A stretch of DNA of 64,000 bases. Origin: Tubiluchus corallicola. Its lineage: Eukaryota; Animalia; Priapulida. Positions 47,542 to 59,200 of the stretch are shown here, one piece after another; positions within the stretch are counted from its first letter, which is position 1; each line of letters begins with the position of its first letter. A program made the translations under genes and the position numbers. The notes under the pieces were generated by a model, which had not been told where the DNA came from, searched no databases, and was given only the letters and a program-made list of their open reading frames with translations. The DNA lies in NCBI GenBank assembly GCA_030141605.1, contig JAQGDQ010000002.1, positions 1,488,001-1,552,000 on the forward strand, read 5' to 3'.

Positions 47542-50205
47542 GTCCCCACAATAGGTTTAATTCATTAAGAAAGTTTTGAATGGTGCAAAAATCCAGAGTG
47601 TGTGTAATAATTGTGGTAAAAAAGGGCTCCTGCGACCTACGTACAAATTCCAGCACAGCTCTTGGTCAGCAGTGCCAGACATCAGTATAATTATGCTGCA
47701 TTTTGCTTAAAAGCTAAAAACTTCATTGCTTTGCTTCGTTACTAACTGTGGTGAATAATGAGACTTTACTAGTGCTGAAAGGAAGGAATGAACTGAGTAA
47801 TTTGTAATGAACTTTTTGTTCAGTGGCCACAGAGTTAAAGCAAAATATTTAACTAGAAATGAAAAAGCTTTTAATATAACAATTTATTATCTTATTTATT
47901 TTGCTATACCAGTGTTTCTTTCAAGTGTAATCAGTATAAACTAATCAGTTATGCAGTTTCTCATCTTTAATGCCAGTCTTATCACAATGCCATTTTTGCC
48001 TTGTCCAGAAACTCCAACTCCAGTTATCTTCATAGGCCAATGTGTATTAATGAATCGGCCTGTTATAATACCTGCTGCTCACAGCACGATGATAAATTTT
48101 GTCACTGCAGTCAAAGTGCTGATGAAATTCCTTTCATCAGTCTCTTGCTATGTGGCTGCTGACCGCCAAATGTCACATTGTCTTTTGAAATTCAAACTCT
48201 TTTCTAAGCGAGATTCAACAAAGCTCGAGCTCTATAACGCTGAGTCTGTGGACTGATACGTGATTGTTCATAAATTGATACACAAAGAATAGTATGTTTA
48301 ATTTTATTATCCAAACATATACATGTATTAAAGAAAATTCAAATATGGTGTTATTGTATACTATCTAGTTACATCTTTAATTCTTGCAAAGATTCCATTT
48401 TACAAATTTACCACTAGTGGTGACAATCAGTTCAGCAGTCAGTATGCATCCATATAAATCGAACATCAACTTGAAAAAATATTCACATGATTCTATTTAT
48501 TTATTTTGCTTTTACTTAGTTAAATGCCCTATAAATTGGAAATATTCATACGATGTGAATATTGAGATCTTTTTGAAGAAGCACCGGTAAAAGTGGCTGC
48601 AAATCTAGTACAAAATTTAGAATTATTCACTGTTAGTTTTATTACAAATGAAAATTTGCTATTTTGTTAAAAAAATGATTCTAACCATTTACCAGTTGCA
48701 AAATAAATAAATAAATATTGAGATGTACAGCAAAACATTATTTTGAATTAAATTGTAAGCCTGTAAATCTCTTTTAGTACAAAAGAAATGCTTGCAGTTA
48801 ACACTTTTACCTACATAACAATAATTAGCACTTAACAGTACAGTTATCAACTAACCAACAATAACTTTATAATAATATTATGCACTTACCAGTTGACAGT
48901 TGTTATAGACATGCCTAAATTTAATGCAAAACTGCACATTTTCGTATTTCTTTCAATGTCGGACATAAGCTTATTACACAGTATTTAATAATGTGATGTT
49001 AACTATTATTAATTTTGTCATTATTTGTTAATTTAGTGTACAAATTTCAGAAACAGGCAAGCTAAACCTTTTTATACCATAAGCACAATACAACTTTCCC
49101 AACATTGAAATAATATACAACCTTTTAAAAAATATAGTAACTATTTAATAATTTTAATACAAATAATGTTGAATAGTTTTTGACTATGAAAACCACACTG
49201 TATACAAAACTACAGTAAGTTTGACTGTCTGAGAATCAAATCTTGTTAGGTTTATGTCAAATTAAATCCTCATTTCAAGTTACTAGTAACTTATTTTATG
49301 CATAATAAATTTTTGACTTGCATTATTACTCAAACCACGCTTTCTTATTAATACAAAGTATTTTGCAAGCAAACAGTGCCACAACTGGATAATTAAAAAA
49401 TTTAAACTGCAGTAGTCTTGTAGTCTTCAATACAAAGTATTTTTCAAGGAAATGTTGATTAGCAATACTGCCTGAATCTTTTGAAACATTTCTGGTTTTG
49501 AGTTAGGCAATTAGGAGATTTTAATGGCAAACTTCAATACAAAATTACCAACTGTGGGAACACAAGAAAATAACCAATACAAGGTCCAGATCGAATACCA
49601 GCTGTGGAAATGTATACATAGATATAATGTGCATGTATATGTATAAGCAAATTTTGTAAACATACTTTGTTAATTGCCAAAAAATGTATGCATCAATTTG
49701 CACATTTTTGTTTACAGCTAGAAGTGGAATGATGGTACTTATTAAAAGTTGCATAACAAACCTATAGGTTAAATTTGTATTAAAGTATTAGTAAGAATTT
49801 ACACAATTAAACTGTATGCCACTCACAACTGCACACAGTGCATGAAAAGTTGTTTGTACAACGTTTGCCTAAAATTTGGCAAAAGTGATGTTTGCATAAC
49901 ACAAGATCTTGGTTGAAAACTTTTCACACATGTGTAACATGGCTTTTCTGTTACAAAAACCGAAACCTGTAGGTATTTGCCAACTAGAATATAGCAGCGC
50001 ACACTATACAGGTACATAATGAATATTCGTGGCAGTAATGTGAAAAAGTTTAACTTCTCAGCTCATCTAGTTTGGCACACTTGCTTGTAAAACAAAAGTT
50101 AGTAGTGCTTGCTCATGGAATTGTGCATTTTAGTTATCATCTGTGAGTCCAAAACAACACCCTTTAGCTTTAAGTCAGTAATGATCCATTCTAAACAAAT
50201 TTTCG

Positions 50206-53200
50206 TTAATCGCGAAACCTTTTGTACAAAAAATTTTGATCCGGATCCAAATCGAAGCCACATCGTTGATAAAATTTGTTCAAGTTTGTCTTGCAGTCAA
50301 GGGAGGTCTTGTAACAGCCGACAACATTACTCAGCTTCAACAGAGTCTCAACTAATCTGAAAAATATGAAAAAACATTAATTCTCTATGACAAAACAATA
50401 AAACAATATTAGTATTGTGGCATAAAAACACTCCAATGCCACCATTAATGTTGTTGGTTCTATTCCTTGAATTCTTCATAAAAATACATATAATTGGCCT
50501 AATTTCATTAGCTAGCCTTATTCTAAGCTAGAATACCAATAAATGTAGTTCTAACAGTAAAAACCATGCACATATTGGTGTAAGTGAAACACATCATCAT
50601 GTGTTTTTAATAACATGTCTTTGGGTTTTGACACACGGATACAACAGAGTGGTGTAATGCATGTATGGCTGATCGCTGCAGAACACTATGTTTCAGTTCT
50701 CCACCTTTTTAATTATAATATATACTTTTTATCCAGAAGACGTTGTCAATTCGGTTAGGAATAGTTTAGATGACCACATTAGGTGAGTCGGTGGTGAATG
50801 TGTGTTTCCTACAAGTACACACCCGGTATCACTACAATCGGCAGTAATCAAGGGTTAAAAAACACTTTCATTGTTGCATTGCTGTCCATGGTTGTATTGG
50901 TAATGTATGGGAGAATTTCGCTGGCTGCCTTAAAGCAGGAGCAAAAAATTCACAACCTCTCACAGCAGGAAAACAAACCGAATAATACATTTTGCTAGAA
51001 TTTAACAAATGTAAAAGCTAATCCAGTGGCTCAGTTAGCTTGCAAATTATGCTGTTTTCAGAAGAAGTTTTCATGCTAACAGTGTGGCTGAGTTATGCTA
51101 ATAGTGCAAGTAACCTGGTAACTTATGCAGCACTTAGCAACAAATTTCGCAAGTCTGTACTGGGCTGCATGTAGAGATCACTAAAAAAAATCATTCTCTT
51201 TCACTAGTTATCATAATGCCCAGAACTGTAAACCATTCAAATTTAAAAGTTGTGCTTGTGGCAACAGATTATACTGAACAGTGAATAAGCAAGCAATGCC
51301 ATGTTAATGCTTATTATGGATCATGAATTTATACAGAAATGCATAAACTGCTTTTATTGATTTCTGTGTAACAAGAAACAGCTGAAGGTTTCGCACTTTC
51401 CGGACCATCCTTTGACGAACAAATCACAAGTACAAACAGCACAAATCTCTAAGCATGACTGCACGTATATATACCCTAATTCTATTGTAATTAAGGATGC
51501 TGTCACAGGAAGGCACTGTAAAGCTAAAATAATGTTCTTAGAATTCAATTTTCTTAAAACAGACAATACGATTTAACCTTTTTCAAACGAAACAACTCTA
51601 TAATTTTACTTTACCTATAAAGACTTCAAAAGACACCAACAGTATATACAATTTTTAATACTATTTGTTTTATTTGTTCGTAGGGACTAAAGAAGATCCA
51701 ATTACAAGCAAAGGTATATTCATTATGTGCAGAGTTACTTACAATTTTCCTAGCTGTTTGCCCCGATATGCTGGGTCCACAACCACATCTTCAATCCTAC
51801 CTCTCTGGAATAAAAGTGCATTACATGTATGATGCAGTAACACAGCAGTAAGTCAAACTCCAAACAAGCTTGGTTTGTTTGTTTTCCATCTGTTTTATAA
51901 AAGAATCAACGTTAACTTAGAATGGGAGAATTTGGCTTGGCTACCTTAAACCATGCACTAAGGACTCACAACTCTCACAGTAGGAAAACAAATGGAAAAA
52001 TACATTTCTCAAAACTGGAACAGATGTAAAAGCTAAAAATGTACCTCTATTGTAAACAGAAAAAAGCTTGGTTGCTTTCCAAAATTTTTAAAAACATAAA
52101 AACATATGTCAGTGTTCTGACTGCATGTGTGTTATGAGTATACTTCTGCTTGCTGTATTTTATTATTCTTCCAGTAAATATTTGCAACCACTGTAGGTGT
52201 ACTGTAGGCACCTTACAAAACACTATAGAAAAACTTGTCTGTTCATAATTAAATTTTTAGTTTTTTTCCTAACACATCCACTTTACGCAAGAGCAATAGC
52301 TAAGTGCTAACAGTATGTGCTTGTTCTGTATTGACTGATTACCATTACAGTGAAGTGTATGCCTATATACATAGGTGTACAAGTATAACTATCTGTTCCA
52401 ACTATATATATGTAGTGTGCAAACTGTGCATAATATAGGCAATTTGAAGTAAATAAACGAGCACAAATACGCTGATTATGTCATTACACTTATAGGGAAA
52501 TGTGCTGATCAAGAGGACCTTTAGTTTGGCAAATATAGTCAAGCAACTCTTATACACACATGCACACTGAGAATGCAGCAGAAACTTTGTAAACAGCAAA
52601 GCTGCAACTGTTAGTGAAACACTGTAAAAACAAAAAGCATTTCGATGTGACTGTGAACAAGTCGGATCTGTGCAATGAGAAATAACAAGAGAGTGTACCT
52701 AAACTTCTCAGTAGGATGTATCTGTGCATCTTTTGTGTGGATATTACTCTATTTTATTGGAACTAAGTACCAATCACTTGAGCAGAAAACTTTTACGTGC
52801 TCAGAAATACAAGAACAGCTTCAAGAAGATATACATACAGGTATGCAGTCCATTTTTATAACAATCAGAAGAAATGTTATACATGCTGCCGTGGAGCAAA
52901 AAAATTTATGCATCTTTCAACGCTAGATCTCGAGATCCATGCCACGCCCAGCTGATTGTTATGATCATCATGAATTCAATGGTGGCATGCACGTACTATT
53001 GAAAGACTCATTTAATGATTGACGAAGCAGAAGCAGTGAATGTTGGTGGAGAGGCAAACACAACAATGATCTTATATAAACTCAAATCTATGACAAAGTA
53101 CTTGCAATCTTACTTGCTGAACATTTTTAATATTTTTCAGATAAAGCCTCAAAACAAAAGAAGGTAGTAGTCATTATTACTCGATTCAGAAGTGGTTCAT

Positions 53201-56200
53201 CAGTTACCGGTGCGCTGTTTAACTTCAACCCCACTTGCTTCTATATCTATGAACCGCTACACGGAATTTTCAACCACCTTAACATTTCTCAACCGCTCAC
53301 CATTTTCCCACAGAAGCTTTGGACGGAAAAAGAGTTACAAGAAATAAAAGTGCGAGTTGTTGGAAACGTCTTGAACTGCATGCCTGATGAACTGTATCCA
53401 AACGCACAGCTACCAGCTCAATCTAAAATGATGCTTCATTCTAATGCTATTAAAACACAGATGGCTTGCCGTAACAGGAAGAGCAATTGTGTTGTCACAA
53501 TGACACAACTGATAAATAATAAAACTATACATTACCCTCAGATGTGCAAACATTATCCTTACACAGTTGCAAAAGTGATACGTATGACCATCAGAGAAGC
53601 AAAACAACTCTTCAAAAAGTTCAACTTAAATGTAAAATTACTCCACCTAGTAAGAGACCCAAGAGGCATGTTGCGATCTTGGTACAATTACCAGATAAAT
53701 GATAAGCCTTTACAGAACATAAAATCTGTTTCGCATAAATTATGTCAAAGCTTGCTCGATGATGTAAATCAAGGTAGACATCTTAAGAATAAATATCCCG
53801 ATAAGTACATGATGGTCCGTTATGAAGATATTGCAAGCAAGCCTATAGAACAGATGAAAGAGATCTACAAATATGTTGAATTGCCAGTCTCTAATGAAGT
53901 TGTACAGTGGATTGAAGAAAACGTGTTAGCAGAAAATGCAAGTGATGAGAAATCTCAAGGCAAATTCAGCCTATGGAGAAAAGATTCTAAAGCAACAGCA
54001 GTAAAATGGAAAATTGATATGTCAAAGGAAGTAATTCAAGAAATACAGCAGGCTTGTTCCAAGTTATTAGAGACTTTGAATTATCAAATACTTTAAAATG
54101 CTTAACATGAAGATGAAGCATTGCAGTGATGTAAACTAATAAATGACAAGAATGGCCAGTTTAATATTACTGTTCCTCATAAAAAATATGAAATTCTCAA
54201 AACTGGCAACAATAGAAGCCTGACATTATTATAGTCACAAGTTCTAGCATCAAGTTGGCTTGACCAGACTGCCACATCTACCTGCATCAGGCAACTCTAT
54301 CCACATTAGGTGACTGTCGTATCTGCTATGAACAACAACAATGCTCTCACTAATGTGTACAGTAGCAATTTATGCAAGAAACAAAAGAAAATATACCATA
54401 AGAAAGATATCATTGTATAAATGCAGAAAAAAAGTGTTTTTATTACAGACTTACATCCACTTTTAATCTCCTTTTGACAATTCCATCATCACTAACTTTG
54501 TAAAATCACTGTAAGCAAGTTGCCACACTGAAAAATTTTGTCAGCAGCAAGAGGCCTTAATGAAACTAAGTGACTTGGTTGTACCATCTGTGATGCAAAC
54601 AACTGATTTCGAAGTTGATGCCTATATGCAAAACTGGTGTTTTGTGTTCTGCTCCAGGAATTGCAGGCATGCATAGTGCTGATCCTAGCTGTGCTTCGAG
54701 GGTTTCACAAGTACTCAAAATAGCTAAATATTCATATAAAGAATATCTAACATATTTACTTTACTCACAAGTGGTGTTACCAGAAAACATGATTTCAGTG
54801 GTATGGGCAAAAAGGAAGCAAAACGTAATACGAAATGTCTAGACATTATTGATTACAGTTTTATCATGCTTTCACTTGCAAGTGTAAACTTACTATATTA
54901 AAAAATTAATTTGCAGCACTAATGTATGTATGTTGCTCCTGTTGCTTGTTTTGCTAATGATTGAGTTGGTTTCATCATTCTGCTTCTGCTGACGATGATG
55001 ATGATGACGACAGTGACAATGAGAATAGAGATGAAAAGAAATGTGATGACGACGATGTCTATGACAGTGATAACAATAGCAATTATGATGTTAACGATGC
55101 TGCAGTGCAAATGACAATGAAATTACTGCACAATATATGGCATCCGATTTTTACCACAATTGTTTTTAGAGCTTTCTTAGTATAAAACTAATCCTGTGCA
55201 AAAGGTTGCAAAAATGAGCAAGATGTTTACAAAAAAACCGAATAATACAGCTACACCCATTAGAAGACACTGACTGGCAACTCCGTTATCTATACATAAG
55301 TGGTATGCATGATACAAAACCATGGCAAAAGATATCGTACCTCACAACATGGCGGCATCCAAGATTATCAATGTACTGAGCACCGCTGCATGCAATTATT
55401 TTGTGCAATAGCACTTATTTTCAAAAAAACAAATGTTCCATTCTGTGTATCACACACACCTGGTTGGTCATTAGTATATATCTGCAAATAGTATCTAGTA
55501 ATACTCGCACAAGACCTAAGTATGCCAAAAATTCACAAATTCTGGTCAACTTACTGTTGCACAGGTGTGGATGAATTTGTTCTCGACTGTGAGCGTAGCA
55601 GCACCTGCAATTTTATCTAAGGCCAAATCATGTATCACTATAATATAGTAAGAATTCTCACAGTTCTTCATGGAGTAAAACCGATCTGCAAAAAATTTAC
55701 AAAAAGTAGATTTACTGTTACTGAAGCACATAGTATACATACAGTGGCGTCGTGCCATAGGGCCCCCCCCCCCAATTTTTTAGAAACTGTCAAAGAGAGA
55801 AACATGAGAACTCGACGGCAAACGGTAAGCAAATTTAAATTCCGACTTTTTGACACACAATAGTGGGCCAGCGCTCCATAAATGCGAACAGTATGAGCGT
55901 TTCGGTACAGTAGCCCAATAATATTTTTTATCATTAAAGTTTGTCGCTGAGTTAAATTATTCTGACTGTTAATACGTGCCTGATCAGATGTGTTTACCTG
56001 AGCCAGGATGACCGAGGATGTAGTAAATTTGTTTGCATGTAATCCATTCAGGAGGCAGGCAGGAACAATTAACAAAGCAGCTCGTTGAGTAGCATTAGCG
56101 TCTTTGCACAAAAGACTGTTAGTTAACAAAACGGCTCAGTTAGCACTCGAGCTTCATTCAACAGTGTGTTATAATAGAGAACAAGTGAAATAATAGAGCA

Positions 56201-59200
56201 AAAACAATGCAAACATTGAAGTCATGTTGAGCTAGCCTAGTACCAGAGAGTCAGTTTGTCGAGCTAGCCTAGTACCTGAGAGTCGGTTTGGGAGATACAA
56301 ATTGATGAACCACGGCTCAGCCACCTCCTGATTGGACATTACCGACTCTTTGCTACTCCTTAGCGACTATTTCCCACGAGTTTGCCGCATAAAAGGGTGT
56401 GATTTTGAGCACATTTCATCATTTTTCTCCTGCTAGGAGAATCTCTGCTAGTTTTCGCTGCGAATTTTCTAAAATCATGATTCTATATTTCTTAAACGAT
56501 GTCAAGGCAGTCCAATCTGACTTCATTTTTCAAGTCCAACCGTGTTCCCGACCCAGGTTCTACGGCCACAACACTCATCCCTGTATCCAGCGCGTCTGTA
56601 TCTACTGTAACGTCGATTCCAACAGAACGAATCCAAAAGGATGAGTACATCCGTCGCAGGCCATTGCAGGACATAGTGGATGCATACACAAAGACCAAAA
56701 TGGGAGGAAAATCGAGATCATTTCAGGGTCAGTGGTTCAACGTACGAGTCAGTCACGACTGAGTGACCTGATGATCCTTGCAGTTGAGGCTGAGAAAACA
56801 AAGAATATGGACTTGAAGTCTGTGGTTGAGCTCTTCTGGAGTGATGTTCTGAGTCGGATTCCTGACAGCTAATAAATATTTAATTAAATTTTAATTTTAT
56901 TTTTAATTTTAATTAAGTTTCTGTTGCTATAGCTTTAAGTTAAATGCCAGTTGGGAATAAATAAATCGTTTTTCTTGCACGCAAAATACTGTGTTTGAAT
57001 TCAAAATTATACGTTTTTTAAACAGTTAAGTTCCGCCATTATATACAGTCGGGCCCCCCTAATTTTTTTTTGAGGCACGACGCCCCTGTATACATAAAAA
57101 GTGAAGCAGTATGAAAAAACTTTGACACAAACTGTACAAAAAACAGGCTTTAAAGGGTCTTCAGCAAAAACATAAAAAACTCAGATTCAACAATAATAAG
57201 GCTTATAACAACAGATACTTCTGAAAGTCACACTTTTTGTGTTGAGGGTAGAGTGCACAGCATATATTTGCCGAAAAGTAAGTTGTTGCCTAATTGCTTG
57301 CAAAAGTTGGCTAAAAAAAATTTCAGAACTAAGATTTTATCCAATTACATATTACTGGGACACTTGCACAAACTTAGTCATAAGTCCAAGTCATTTATTT
57401 CACATAATACATTTACAATAGTTTTGTGTACAAAAATATAATGAAGGGGCCTACAACGAACATAATACTATTTATTTTTACTGGTTACAAGAAAAGCCTT
57501 ACACTATGTTTGCCTATATATAAATGTAAATGTGTTGCAGGCAATCAAAAACCAGTCCTTGTTAGATTGTCCTACCCTGCGAAAGTACAAAACAATTTAC
57601 TTGTTAAGAAAGCAATTTCTTGTTAAGAAAACTCTTACTTTCTATGAAACACTGCAAGCATGCTTAAATTAACTGTAAGTTTTCACCAAAGAGCTTCGGT
57701 CAAAGGCTATCCAATAATGTTTTCAAAAAAGATGCTTGGCTGCAGCTGAGAAATTTAGTGAGGATAAACATACTGTTTCATGGATAAAGGGAAAATATGG
57801 GTGAAGGAAACTTTGTTCATTTTCAATGTAAAATTTTATTGTATTTGTTGAGCCCAAGATAAAATTTACAATACACAATTTGCCATCATAAAAATTTGTA
57901 TCTAATTTTGACCAATTTACACAACCGATTTCAAGACTATCATCTTAAGCAGTTCGAAGAATCTTACCTTAGGCAACCTAAAAAAATTACAAACTCATGC
58001 GATCACATAGCTAATGCCACTTGGTCTTTTTATTCAGTGTAAGATAAAGTATATTATACATTATTGAGAAAGATTGAGATTCATTAAACATACCTAAAAA
58101 GCAATCACGTGTTACATCCCCAACCTCTGTTAAATGTGTGAGCAAAGTTAGAAACCCTGTAATATAAAAAATGGTTAGCACATACAAAATTATTATGATG
58201 TAGTTACCTTTAATTTCAAAATTATCAAATGACTTGATGGTAGCATGATTAGACTTTTGAAATCTAATTCAACTTAAATGTTTAGTGTGAAAAGCATTGA
58301 ATTTTCTAGATTAAATAAAACTCTGATAACAATTAGGCTTGTTATCAAGCTTAGAAAGCACAAAAAGCTTGGCCTCACAATTAACACAGGGTATTTGTAT
58401 AACATCTTGCATAGGAAAGTTAGTGCTGGAAATCATAGACAGTCTATTGGAGATCACTTACTGGCCACTTTTAAGATTTTAAATTGGTGCTCTACGTAGA
58501 AGGCACCCCAAAAGTACCGTCAAAGCAAATTAAATCACATTCTGAATGCATCAATAAAACTATACAAAAATGTTCTTTAGATCTGTTTGAGTAATGATTG
58601 GTAGTTCTTAAGTAATGAATTTCATGCAAAACTTCGACTCCTATTTTAGCACACTTCAATGATGTACATCAATGAAAATTTTTTAATATATAATGTTAAA
58701 TGTACAAGTACAGATATAATTTACAAATACATAGTTACAATTATGGAGAAAACTGAATCCCTTGTTCAGTCTAGTTATTCTCGTCTGAGCTATCAGCTTT
58801 ATCAGAAGACGTGACCTCCAAGTCATCCTCGGTTCATTCGCTGTTAATTCTAAATCACCACTTTGTGGGACGAGACTGCTTGAAAGTTGCTCTCCTTCAA
58901 ACCAAATCGGGTTGTAAGTGCCATTGATTAACTGCTACCTGGGTTATCATTTTCTTCTGGGTTATCATCCATGTTATTATGATCTATGGGGGCCCATAAG
59001 TTGGCGACAAAAGATGCATGCTTTGCATGGGGAATTATCTCAGCCTCGCATGGCAAGAGTCCACTTGCATCTATACCACTCAAACTAGTTACTAAGCTGT
59101 TTCCATTGCCCTTAGGTCTTATGTTTGCATGAGCTTGTGCTACCTGCAGTAGTTTAGACTGATTATATCCTTGGTTTCACTATCTTTGGTGTAAAATGAA

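Noticed and set aside
48118-48141. Hammerhead ribozyme or SECIS at CTGATGAAA-TTCC-TTTCATCAG
   Set aside because: It is a simple 9-bp hairpin. CUGAUGA is paired rather than forming a core with GAAA and three stems, and no neighbouring gene needs UGA recoding.
47951-48256. 101-aa ORF between NDUFAF1 and GNPNAT1
   Set aside because: No recognisable motif on either strand; it lies in the convergent 3'UTR zone.
54240-54720. Possible minus-strand exon with a GTAAGT donor near 54455
   Set aside because: All three frames contain stops, GNPNAT1 is complete without it, and I recognise no motif.
54961-55185. Asp-rich protein
   Set aside because: Product of a (GAT)n low-complexity tract.
55668-56129. 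153-aa minus-strand ORF
   Set aside because: It spans the non-coding left end of the hAT element and has no protein motif.
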